DNA of 64,000 nt, taken from NCBI GenBank assembly GCA_964640995.1, contig CAZXJJ010000006.1, positions 1,964-65,963 of the forward strand, in the 5' to 3' direction. Numbering within the stretch: position 1 is the first letter of the stretch; each line of letters starts with the position of its first letter. The DNA comes from an uncultured Caldisericota bacterium (GTDB lineage Bacteria > Caldisericota > Caldisericia > B22-G15). Positions 1 to 9,800 of this stretch are shown here, one piece after another. The position numbers and the translations under genes were made by a program. Under the pieces are notes generated by a model. The model was not told where the DNA came from, searched no databases, and saw only the letters and a program-made list of their open reading frames with translations.

Positions 1-248
1 AAGAGATAAAAATGGGTAAAATTGAATTTAAAACAGATAAACTTGGTAATATACATACAATAATAGGTAAAGTTAGTTTTGACGAAGAAAAATTAAAAGA
101 AAACTTTATTGCTTTAGTTGATGCAATTTTAAAAGCAAGACCTCCATCTGTGAAGGGCCAATATATAAAATCAATTTATATAACAACAACTATGGGCCCT
201 TCAATTAAATTAGATACTCTTAAAGTTTTAAATTTAATTGGAAAGTAA
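1..248 (+). CDS. rplA: 50S ribosomal protein L1, C-terminal part (gene starts upstream of window)
   Basis: Translation ...[31 protein letters not shown]...[11 protein letters not shown] matches the conserved L1 C-terminus. The frame is open back to position 1. It is followed by the L10 leader, rplJ and rplL as in the canonical cluster. Confidence 0.85.
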   Translation, partial: EIKMGKIEFKTDKLGNIHTIIGKVSFDEEKLKENFIALVDAILKARPPSVKGQYIKSIYITTTMGPSIKLDTLKVLNLIGK

Positions 249-365
249 GCCTGAGATAGTGGGTGCCTTTTGGCTTAATGTTTATCGCCCACCGAGGCAG
301 GGAAAAGTTAAAGAGTTTTCTCTTGTCCTTCGGTGGAAGGACTTTTTAATTTTAGGAGGATAAAG
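249..365 (+). promoter_or_regulatory. Putative ribosomal protein L10 leader (autoregulatory L10(L12)4-binding 5' UTR)
   Basis: 117-nt untranslated segment between rplA stop and rplJ start, locally GC-richer than surroundings. It has complementary arms such as gtgggtg(259-265)/cgcccac(286-292) and ccttcggtgg. The location matches the Firmicutes-type L10 leader. The structure was not modelled rigorously. Confidence 0.45.
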
Positions 366-887
366 ATGATAACAAAAGAAAAGAAACTTGATCTCTTAAA
401 TGAAATAGAAAAAAAGTTAGATGAGACAAAGATTGTTGTTTTTACTACATTTAATGAGCTTCCGGTTTCAGAAATATTACCCCTTAGAAGAGATTTAAAA
501 TCAAAAAAAGGTGAGTTTAAGGTTTACAAAAATACTTTGTTGAAAAAAGTATTAGAGAAAAAAAGTTTAAAAGTAAATGATTCAATATTTAATGGAACAA
601 CTGCTGTTGTTTTTGCATATGAAGATCCTTTTCAAATATTAAAAAGTGTAAGTGATTATTCAAGAACTCATAGAAAAAATTTTGATATCAAAGGTGGAAT
701 TTTTGGTAAAACAATCTTATCAAAAGATGATATCACCTCATTATCAACAATTTCATCTGTTAATGAAGTTTATGGAAAACTTGTTTACTCATTAAAATCA
801 CCTTTAATGAGAATTTCATATATATTAAAATCTCCAATAATAAGGCTTATTAATGCCTTAAATGAGATTAAAAGTAAGAAAGAATAA
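366..887 (+). CDS. rplJ: 50S ribosomal protein L10
   Basis: MITKEKKLDLLNEIEKKLDETKIVVFTTFNELPVSEI... is typical of L10. AGGAGG at 353-358 lies 7 nt before ATG 366. The upstream in-frame residues of the track ORF (333) lack an SD. Confidence 0.9.
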   Translation: MITKEKKLDLLNEIEKKLDETKIVVFTTFNELPVSEILPLRRDLKSKKGEFKVYKNTLLKKVLEKKSLKVNDSIFNGTTAVVFAYEDPFQILKSVSDYSRTHRKNFDIKGGIFGKTILSKDDITSLSTISSVNEVYGKLVYSLKSPLMRISYILKSPIIRLINALNEIKSKKE

Positions 888-901
888 AGGAGGAATGAAG
901 A

Positions 902-1282
902 ATGACTAAAGAGGAACTTTTAGAAGCAATTGAAAAAATGAGTGTTGTAGAGCTTATTGAGTTTGTTAAAGCAATCGAAGAAAAATTTGGTGTATCAGGA
1001 ATGCCAATGGCAGTACCAATGGCAGGAGTACCTCAAGCACAACAACAAGCAGGTTCTCAAGAAGCAGAAAAGACAACTTTTGATGTTGTTTTAACAAGTG
1101 TAGGTCAGGCTAAAATTCAAGTTATAAAAGTTTTAAGAGAAACACTTAATGTTTCATTAAAAGAAGCAAATGATCTTGTATCAACAACACCACAAGTTAT
1201 TAAGAAAGGTTTAAGTAAAGAAGAGGCAGAGGATCTTAAAAACAAACTTTCCGCTGTTGGTGCAACAGTGGAAATTAAATAA
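902..1282 (+). CDS. rplL: 50S ribosomal protein L7/L12
   Basis: N-terminal dimerisation region, Ala/Pro-rich hinge (MPMAVPMAGVPQAQQQAG) and C-terminal domain ...GQAKIQVIKVLRETLNVSLKEANDLV...KEEAEDLKNKL; RBS AGGAGG upstream. Confidence 0.93.
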   Translation: MTKEELLEAIEKMSVVELIEFVKAIEEKFGVSGMPMAVPMAGVPQAQQQAGSQEAEKTTFDVVLTSVGQAKIQVIKVLRETLNVSLKEANDLVSTTPQVIKKGLSKEEAEDLKNKLSAVGATVEIK

Positions 1283-1286
1283 TTTG

Positions 1287-1317
1287 AACCCCGAAATTTT
1301 TCGGGGTTCTCTTTTAT
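1287..1317 (+). terminator. Rho-independent terminator/attenuator between rplL and rpoB
   Basis: aaccccgaaa/tttcggggtt inverted repeat followed by ctcttttat T-run immediately after the rplL stop. This is the classical partial-readthrough site upstream of rpoB. Confidence 0.75.
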
Positions 1318-1331
1318 AAACTGGAGATATT

Positions 1332-4300
1332 ATGGAGATTAAAGAAGTTATAAACTTCAATAAATTTTTATTTTCTAATTTTGAAATACCTGATTTATTA
1401 CAATTTCAAAAAGATTCTTTTAATAATTTTATTACCAAAAAAATTCCAAAACTTCTAGATGAAATTTCTCCTGTTGATACACCAAAAGCAATGGTTGAGT
1501 TTTTTGATCCCAAGGTTTTTCCTCCTGAACTTTCAGTCGATGAGTGTAAGGAAAGGAAATTAACATATGCAGGAACACTAAAAGCAAAGGTAAGAATAAC
1601 AAATAAAAGAACTGGAGAGATAAAGGAACAAGATGTTTTTTTAGGTGAAATACCTTATATTACACCACATGGTTCTTTTATATTTAATGGTGCAGAAAGA
1701 ACGGTTGTTTCACAATTAATAAGAGCACCTGGTGTATATTTCACAAAACCATCTTCTGCTCATTCAGGAAGAGTACTTTTTGAAGCAAGACTTATACCCG
1801 AAAGAGGAACTTGGTTTATTTTTGAAGTTGAATCAACTAATACTCTTGTTATCAGATTAAATAAAGGTTCTAGAAAATTATATTTTCCTACTATTTTAAG
1901 AGTTTTTAAAGAATTGAGCGATGAAGAGATAATGGATCTTTTTAGAGAAAAAAGAAAAATAAAAATAAATGTTAATGAACTTGAAAAAAATATTCCATGT
2001 TCTTTTGCTGAAAATATTTATGATCCTACTACTGGTGAGATACTTTATTATGAGGGAGAAGATATAACAAAAGAAAAAATCAATACTCTTTTTGAATTAG
2101 GTATAAACAGTTTAGAAATTTATAAAGATGTTGTAGACATTATTATTAAAAAAACACTTGAAAAGGATACAAATAAGACTCAAGAAGATGCAATACTTGA
2201 TATCTACAGAAAATTGAGACCTGGCGAAAGGGTCCTTTTAGAATCAGCAAAAAACTTAATTTATATAACATTTTTTGATACAAAAAGAAATTATATTTCA
2301 GATGTTGGAAGGCATAAAATAAATCAAAAATTTGGATTATCGCTAAAAGATAATATTGTTACTTTTGATGATATTGTTGCAATAATAAAACATGCAATAA
2401 AAGTAAAAAATGGATTTGAAAAACTTGACGATATAGACCACCTTGGAAATAGATATGTCAGAGGAGTTGGAGAATTAATGGAAGTAAATATGAGATATGG
2501 ACTCCTCAGAATGGTAAAAGTTATGAAGGGTAGAATTAGTACTTATTCTGAAGATATGTTTACAGCACAACATCTTGTAAATTCTAAACCAATCACAGCA
2601 TCATTACAAAGTTTCTTTGGAACAGGACAACTATCACAATTTATGGAGCAAACAAATCCTCTTTCTTCTCTTACTCACAAAAGAAGGCTATCTTCAATGG
2701 GACCTGGAGGATTAACTAGAGAAACAGCAGGTCTTGAAGTAAGAGATATTCATTCGTCTCATTATGGAAGAATTTGTCCAATAGAAACACCAGAAGGTCA
2801 AAATATTGGTTTAATAAATTCTTTGACTGTTTATTCAAAAATAAATGAATATGGATTCATAACAACTCCATATAGAAAAGTTATTAATGGTAAATTAACT
2901 GATGAGATTGTTTATCTTGAAGCACTTGAAGAAGAAAATTATTATATAGCACAGGCAAATACACCAGTTAATAAAAAGGGACAGTTATTAAGAGATGAAA
3001 AAGGTAATTTATTAAATGATGGTTTTGCAACTGGAAGATATAAAGGTGAAGTAGTTGAAAAGATACCTCTTGAAAAAATTCAATTTATAGAGATATCTCC
3101 TCTTCAAGTTTTTTCAGTTTCGGCATCATTAATTCCATTTTTGGATCATGATGATGCTAATAGGGCGCTTATGGGTTGTAACATGCAAAGACAAGCAGTG
3201 CCTCTTCTTTTCCCTGAGCCACCTATTGTAGGAACTGGTATGGAAAAAGTTGTAGCAAAACATGATCCAAGTATAGTAATTTCAGAATTTGATGGAGTCA
3301 TTAAAGAGGTCTCTGCAGATAAAATAGTTATAAAAAATAAAAAAGAAGAAAGAGTTTATGTGTTAAAGAAATTTGCAAGATCTAATCAAGATACTTGTAT
3401 AAATTCAAGACCAATTGTTAAAAAGGGTGATACTGTAAAAAAAGGAGACATAATTGCTGATGGACAAGCAATAAAAGACGGAGTTTTATCTTTAGGAAGA
3501 AACCTTCTTGTTGCATATCTTCCATGGAGAGGATATAACTATCAAGATGCTATATTAATAAGTGAAAGATTAGTAAAAGATGATGTATACACATCGATTC
3601 ATATTAAAGAATATATTACAACTGTAAGAGAGACTAAGGCAGGACCAGAAATTTTAACAAAAGATATACCAAATGTTGATGAATCAGAATTAAGAAATCT
3701 AACAGAAGAGGGAATTGTTAGAATTGGTGCAGAAGTTAAGCCAGGTGATATTCTTGTAGGTAAACTTGCGCCAAAAGCTGAAGTTGATACTTCTCCTGAA
3801 TCAAAAATTTGGAGAGCAATGTTTGGAGAGAAAGGAAAGGATGTTGTAGATAACTCATTAAGACTTCCTCCTGGTGAATTTGGAACTGTTATTTTAACAA
3901 AAATTTATTCAAAAGATAAAGGAGATGAACTACCTGTTGGAATAGAAAAACTTGTTAAAGTTCTTGTTGCACAGAAAAGAAAAATAATGGTTGGTGATAA
4001 GATAGCAGGTAGACATGGAAATAAGGGAGTTGTTGCTGCAATACTTCCTGAGGAAGACATGCCATTTAGAGAAGATGGAACACCAATAGATATAGTTTTA
4101 TCTCCACTATCTGTTCCATCAAGAATGAATATCGGTCAAACCCTTGAGACGATGCTTGGTTATGCAGCATATAAATTAGGACTTAGAGTTGAAATTCCAA
4201 TTTTCTCTTCTCCTACAGAAGAAGAAGTTGAAGAATGGTTAAAAAAGGCTGGATTAGATATCAATAGCAAAGAAGTTCTATATGATGGATATACAGGTGA

Positions 4301-4757
4301 ACCATTTAAAACAAAGGTATTAGTTGGTAATGCTTATATAATGAAACTTAATCACCTTGTTCTTGATAAAGTTCATGCAAGATCAACTGGAACATACTCT
4401 CTTGTTACGCAACAACCTCTTGGTGGAAAATCTCAATTTGGAGGTCAAAGATTAGGTGAAATGGAAGTTTGGGCTCTTGAAGCATATGGAGCAGCAAATT
4501 TATTGCAGGAAATGTTAACTGTTAAATCTGACGATATTGAAGGAAGAAGAAAAGCATATGAAAGCATAGTTAAGGGAAAAGATATTGAAGAGGTTGGAAT
4601 TCCAGAATCATTTAAGGTTTTAGTGAGAGAATTAAGAGGTTTAGGTATAAATATAAAAACTATTCCTGATTTTGAAAAGAAAGAAGAGAAAAAAGAAGTC
4701 AAATTTTTCTTACCAACCAGAAAAAGAAAGAATAAAAAGAAAGAGGTGAGTCAATGA
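1332..4757 (+). CDS. rpoB: DNA-directed RNA polymerase subunit beta
   Basis: 1141-aa product with hallmark beta-subunit blocks (e.g. ...GEIPYITPHGSFIFNGAERTVVSQLIRAPGVYF..., ...RRLSSMGPGGLTRETAGLEVRDIHSSHYGRICPIETPEGQNIGLI..., ...GDKIAGRHGNKGVV...). Lysine-rich C-terminal tail. The stop overlaps the start of the next gene. Confidence 0.97.
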   Translation: MEIKEVINFNKFLFSNFEIPDLLQFQKDSFNNFITKKIPKLLDEISPVDTPKAMVEFFDPKVFPPELSVDECKERKLTYAGTLKAKVRITNKRTGEIKEQDVFLGEIPYITPHGSFIFNGAERTVVSQLIRAPGVYFTKPSSAHSGRVLFEARLIPERGTWFIFEVESTNTLVIRLNKGSRKLYFPTILRVFKELSDEEIMDLFREKRKIKINVNELEKNIPCSFAENIYDPTTGEILYYEGEDITKEKINTLFELGINSLEIYKDVVDIIIKKTLEKDTNKTQEDAILDIYRKLRPGERVLLESAKNLIYITFFDTKRNYISDVGRHKINQKFGLSLKDNIVTFDDIVAIIKHAIKVKNGFEKLDDIDHLGNRYVRGVGELMEVNMRYGLLRMVKVMKGRISTYSEDMFTAQHLVNSKPITASLQSFFGTGQLSQFMEQTNPLSSLTHKRRLSSMGPGGLTRETAGLEVRDIHSSHYGRICPIETPEGQNIGLINSLTVYSKINEYGFITTPYRKVINGKLTDEIVYLEALEEENYYIAQANTPVNKKGQLLRDEKGNLLNDGFATGRYKGEVVEKIPLEKIQFIEISPLQVFSVSASLIPFLDHDDANRALMGCNMQRQAVPLLFPEPPIVGTGMEKVVAKHDPSIVISEFDGVIKEVSADKIVIKNKKEERVYVLKKFARSNQDTCINSRPIVKKGDTVKKGDIIADGQAIKDGVLSLGRNLLVAYLPWRGYNYQDAILISERLVKDDVYTSIHIKEYITTVRETKAGPEILTKDIPNVDESELRNLTEEGIVRIGAEVKPGDILVGKLAPKAEVDTSPESKIWRAMFGEKGKDVVDNSLRLPPGEFGTVILTKIYSKDKGDELPVGIEKLVKVLVAQKRKIMVGDKIAGRHGNKGVVAAILPEEDMPFREDGTPIDIVLSPLSVPSRMNIGQTLETMLGYAAYKLGLRVEIPIFSSPTEEEVEEWLKKAGLDINSKEVLYDGYTGEPFKTKVLVGNAYIMKLNHLVLDKVHARSTGTYSLVTQQPLGGKSQFGGQRLGEMEVWALEAYGAANLLQEMLTVKSDDIEGRRKAYESIVKGKDIEEVGIPESFKVLVRELRGLGINIKTIPDFEKKEEKKEVKFFLPTRKRKNKKKEVSQ

Positions 4758-6829
4758 TGACTGAAAGATCAAAAATAAGAAATGTTTCATTGGTTGCGCA
4801 TAGTGGCGCAGGAAAAACTTCATTAGTTGAATCTATGCTTTATGTATCAAAATTTTTACAAAAAAAGGGAAGTGTAGATAAAGGAAACACTGTTTCAGAT
4901 TATGAACCTGAAGAAATAAAAAGGCATATAAGTTTATCTACCTCTGTTATTCCAATTAATTGGAAAGGATTTAAAATAAATGTTCTTGATACTCCAGGTT
5001 ATGTTGAATTTTTATCTGAAGTTAAAGGCGCTTTACTAGTTTCTGAAGCTAGTTTGCTTCTCGTTGATGCAACATCTCATGTAGAAGTTGGAACTGAGCG
5101 AGTGTGGGATTTCGTAAAAGAAGAAAATTTACCTCTCGCATTTATTGTTAGCAGAATGGATAGAGAGAATGCAAATTTTAAAGAAGCAATTTCAAGTATA
5201 AGAAAATTTTTTGGAAATGATGCTGTACCAATTATGATTCCAATTGGAGAAGGTTTGAATTTTAAAGGTTATGTTAACATTATTACTCAAAAAGGAAAAA
5301 TATTAGATGGAGGAACAATCAAAGAGATTGATATTCCACAAGAACTAAAAAGTGATTTTGAGAATTACAGAAATGAATTGATAGAAAAAATAGCAGAAGT
5401 TGATGAAGAACTTTTAAATAAATATTTAGGTGAAGGAACTTTAAATCAAGAAGAGTTGATGAGAGGGCTCCTTTTAGGTGTAAAAAATAGAGCTCTTTTT
5501 CCTATACTTGCCTCTTCAAGTATTAATGATATAGGCACTGAAGAGATTCTTGATTTTATTGTTAACGAGTTTCCTGAACCATATTTAAATGAAAAAAGAT
5601 TCGGTTTTGATCCTAAAACAAACGAAATAGTTGTGAAAGATTTTGATATGAATTCACCATTTTCGGGTTTAGTTTTTAAAACTATAATTGATCCTTTTGT
5701 TGGAAGAATAAATTATATAAAGGTTATTACAGGAAAATTAGTTTCTGATACAAAAGTTTATAATATAAATAAAGATCAGGAAGAAAGGGTATCTTCAATT
5801 GGTTTTATTATTGGTAAAACTCAAGAGAAAACACAGGAAATTAAATCAGGTGATATAGGAGTTATAACAAAATTGAATGTTACATCAACTGGTGACACAT
5901 TAACTCAACCTGGTATGAATGTTAAATATAACTATTTTGAAATACCATATCCAATTATATCATATGCTGTTGAACCAAAAAGAAAAGAGGATGAAGATAG
6001 ATTAACTTCAGCACTTTTTAAAATTGCCGAAGAAGACCCAACTTTTATTGTTGAGAGAAATGATATAACTAAACAGTTAATAATAAGAGGAACTGGTGCA
6101 ACGCATATTCAGGTTGTTCTTGAAAGAATCTCAAGAAAATTCGGAGTTGAAGTTAATTTAAAGAAGCCTGAAATTGCATATAAAGAAACAATAAAAGGCA
6201 CAGCCAAAGCAGAAGGAAAATATAAAAAACAAACAGGTGGTCATGGACAATATGGACACTGTTTTATTGAAATAAACCCACTAGAAAGAGGAAAAGAATT
6301 TGAATTTGTTGACAAAATTTTTGGTGGAGCAATACCGAAACAATACATTCCTGCTGTTGAAAAAGGAATTAGAGAAACAATGAAAGAAGGAATAATTGCG
6401 GGTTATCCTGTTGTTGATGTTCAAGTAGTTTTATATGATGGATCATATCACCCAGTCGATTCATCAGAACTAGCATTCAAAATTGCTGCATCAATGGCAT
6501 TTAAAAAAGCATTTGTTGAAGCAAATCCAATTCTTCTTGAGCCCATTCTTGAAGTAGAAATTAGGGTTCCAGAAAGTTTTTTAGGAGATGTCATATCTGA
6601 TTTAAACACAAGAAGAGGAAAAATTCTTGGTATGGATTCTGACAAAGGAATTTCAATAGTGAGGGCACTTGTTCCAGAATCAGAGATGCTTAGTTATGGA
6701 TTAGATCTTGCTTCAATAACTCAGGGAAGAGGTTATTTCACTGCTAAGTTTTATAAATATGATGAAGTTCCACAAAAGTTGGCAGAAGAAATTATTAAAA
6801 AGAGAAAAGAGGAGTTAGAGAAATCATAG
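4754..6829 (+). CDS. Elongation factor G paralog with divergent GTPase motifs (EF-G-like, catalytic His replaced)
   Basis: 691 aa with all five EF-G domains recognisable, including the domain IV tip QTGGHGQYGHCFIEI. The G motifs differ from EF-G: G1 AHSGAGKTS (EF-G AHIDAGKTT), switch I RHISL (RGITI), G3 DTPGY (DTPGH), G4 SRMD (NKMD). ATG 4754 overlaps the rpoB stop (ATGA). Its stop at 6829 is followed by GGAGGTG and the rpoC start. Confidence 0.85.
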   Translation: MMTERSKIRNVSLVAHSGAGKTSLVESMLYVSKFLQKKGSVDKGNTVSDYEPEEIKRHISLSTSVIPINWKGFKINVLDTPGYVEFLSEVKGALLVSEASLLLVDATSHVEVGTERVWDFVKEENLPLAFIVSRMDRENANFKEAISSIRKFFGNDAVPIMIPIGEGLNFKGYVNIITQKGKILDGGTIKEIDIPQELKSDFENYRNELIEKIAEVDEELLNKYLGEGTLNQEELMRGLLLGVKNRALFPILASSSINDIGTEEILDFIVNEFPEPYLNEKRFGFDPKTNEIVVKDFDMNSPFSGLVFKTIIDPFVGRINYIKVITGKLVSDTKVYNINKDQEERVSSIGFIIGKTQEKTQEIKSGDIGVITKLNVTSTGDTLTQPGMNVKYNYFEIPYPIISYAVEPKRKEDEDRLTSALFKIAEEDPTFIVERNDITKQLIIRGTGATHIQVVLERISRKFGVEVNLKKPEIAYKETIKGTAKAEGKYKKQTGGHGQYGHCFIEINPLERGKEFEFVDKIFGGAIPKQYIPAVEKGIRETMKEGIIAGYPVVDVQVVLYDGSYHPVDSSELAFKIAASMAFKKAFVEANPILLEPILEVEIRVPESFLGDVISDLNTRRGKILGMDSDKGISIVRALVPESEMLSYGLDLASITQGRGYFTAKFYKYDEVPQKLAEEIIKKRKEELEKS

Positions 6830-6842
6830 GAGGTGAATATAT

Positions 6843-9800
6843 TTGATTCAAAAGAAATTTGATGCCATTGAAATATCTTTAGCATCACCTGAAGATATAT
6901 TATCTTGGTCTCATGGTGAAGTAAAAAAAGCTGAAACTATAAATTACAGAAACTTTAGACCCGAAATGGAGGGTCTTTTCTGCGAAAGAATATTTGGTCC
7001 AGTAAAAGATTATGAGTGTCACTGTGGAAAACTTAAAGGAGTAAGATATAGGGGACTTGTTTGCGAAAGATGTGGCGTTGAGGTTACAACATCAAAAGTA
7101 AGAAGAGAAAGATTTGGACATATAACACTTGCATCTCCTGTTGTTCATATATGGTATTTTCGATCAACTAATATAATCCCTGTTCTTCTTGATATGTCAA
7201 AGAATGATGTTGAAAAAATTGTTTACTATGCTTCATATGTTGTATTAGATCCTGGTAATTCTCCCCTTAAATATAAACAAGTGATTAATGAAGAAGAGTA
7301 CAGAGAATACAGAGAAAGAGGGTACAATTTTGTTGCAAAGAGAGGAGCCGAGGCAATTTTAGAGATTCTTAAATCAATTGATCTTGAAAGTCTAAGAGAA
7401 GAATTGATGGAAGAAATAAAAAAATCCTCTACAAAGCAGAAGAAAACATCAGCAATGAAGAGATTAGACTACGTTGAAGCATTTTTAAAATCTGGAAACA
7501 AACCCGAATATATGGTTCTATCAGTTTTACCAGTAATACCTCCGGATTTAAGACCTCTTCTACCACTTGATGGAGGAAGATTTGCTTCTGTTGATTTAAA
7601 TGATCTATATAGAAGAGTTATAAACAGAAATAATAGACTAAAAAAACTTATTGATGTAAATGCTCCCGAAATAATGTTACAAAATGAAAAGAGAATGCTT
7701 CAAGAAGCAGTTGATGCTTTGCTTGATAATACTCATAAAATACATCCAATAATAGGATCTCACAACAGACCCCTTCATTCATTATCAGATATATTAAGAG
7801 GTAAACAGGGAAGATTTAGACAGAATTTGCTTGGTAAAAGAGTTGATTATTCTGGAAGAAGTGTGATTGTTGTCGGTCCAAAATTAAAACTTGATGAGTG
7901 TGGATTACCAAGAAATATGGCTTTAGAATTATTCAAGCCATTCTTAATGCATAATCTTGAAGAAACAGGTATTGCTTTAAATTTAAGAAGTGCTAAATGG
8001 ATGATAGATCAAGCAGTAAAAGATCAAAACAGCCCTGTATGGAAAGTTCTTGCAGATACAGTTAAAGATTATGTTGTCCTTTTAAATAGAGCGCCCACCC
8101 TTCACAGAATGAGTATTCAAGCATTCAAACCAGTTTTAGTTGATGGCGAAGCAATACATATTTCTCCTCTTGTTTGTCCTCCTTATAATGCTGATTTTGA
8201 CGGAGACCAAATGGCAGTTCATTTACCACTTTCTATTGCAGCTCAAACAGAAGCGAAATATCTTCTTTTATCAAAATACAACATTATATCTCCTGCACAT
8301 GGTAAACCAATAACTCTTCCTGTTCAAGATGTTGTTGCAGGTTGTCATTACTTAACAAAAGAGAAAAAAGGTGAAAAAGGAGAGGGTTTAAAATTTTATA
8401 CTATCGAAGACCTTTATTTAGCATTGGAAGAAGGAAAAGTGACTTATCATACTATAATTGATTTTTACTGGAACAAAAAATGGATAAATGGAACTACAGT
8501 AGGTAGAGTAATTTTTAATAATCTTGTTAGAGAAACCTTAGAAGATGAAAATTTCGAGTTTTATGATAAAGTTATAGATCAAAAAACAATTAATGATCTA
8601 TTCTTCCAAATATTTAAAAAATATGGATTTGAAAAAACTGCAAATCTCTTAGATGAAGTTCAAAAACTAGGTTTTGAGATTGTTACAATTTCAGGATTAA
8701 CAATTGGTATGGATGATATGATTATTCCTAAAAGAAGAAACGAGATAATAAGACAAGCAGAAGAAAGAGAGAAAAAATTAAGAGAATTTTATGAAAAAGG
8801 TTTAATGTCAGAAAATGAAAGATACAAAAAAACAATTGAAGTATGGTTGAAAGCAGGCGAAGAACTTGTTAATGAAATTTTTAACACTTATGACCCATTT
8901 AATTTCTTACTCCTTATGGCAATTTCAGGTGCAAGAGGCAAACCAGAGCAGATTTTACAAATGGTTGGAATGAGAGGACTCATGTCTGATCCATCTGGTA
9001 GAATTATTGAGTTTCCTATTAAATCAAACTTAAAAGAAGGACTTTCTGTTCTTGAATATTTTATTTCAACTCATGGTGCAAGAAAAGGATTAGCAGATAC
9101 AGCTTTAAAAACTTCTGATGCAGGGTATCTTACAAGAAGACTTGCAGATGTTGCTCATAAAGTATTTGTTAAATATGATGATTGTGAAGTTATACCTGTT
9201 AAACCAATTGTTATAGGTGATAAAGTTATAAAGAGTTTATATAGGCAGATTGTAGGTAAAGTTGCTGCAAGAGATGTAATAGACCCAGATACAGGTGAAG
9301 TTATTGTTCATGAAAATGAAGAGATAACAAAAGACAAGGCACTTGAAATTGAAAGTAAGAATATTGAAACAGTATGGGTTAGAAATTTCACAGATGGAAT
9401 TGAAGTTGAAGAGATTAGAGAAGGTCATAGAATAATTGAAACTCTTGAAGAAAGAATTCTTGGAAGATATGCTGCAGAAGATATATATTCACCGTCTGAG
9501 AAAGTTGTTAAATATAATATCGAAAATGATATTCCTAAAGAAGGTTTTATTGCTAAAGATATTGTTGATGAAAAACTTAATATCATTGTAAAAGAAGGAG
9601 AGAAGATTACAGATAAAATCATTGATAAATTAATAAAAAATAATGTGAAAGAGATTTTGGTTAAGATTCCAGTTAATAGGGAGTTAATTGTAAAAAGAGG
9701 AGAAGAAATTGATGAAACTTCTGTTAATAAAATAAAAGAGTATGGTATTAAAAAAGTTAAAATTAGATCAGTTCTTACATGTTCTTCACCAAATGGAGTA

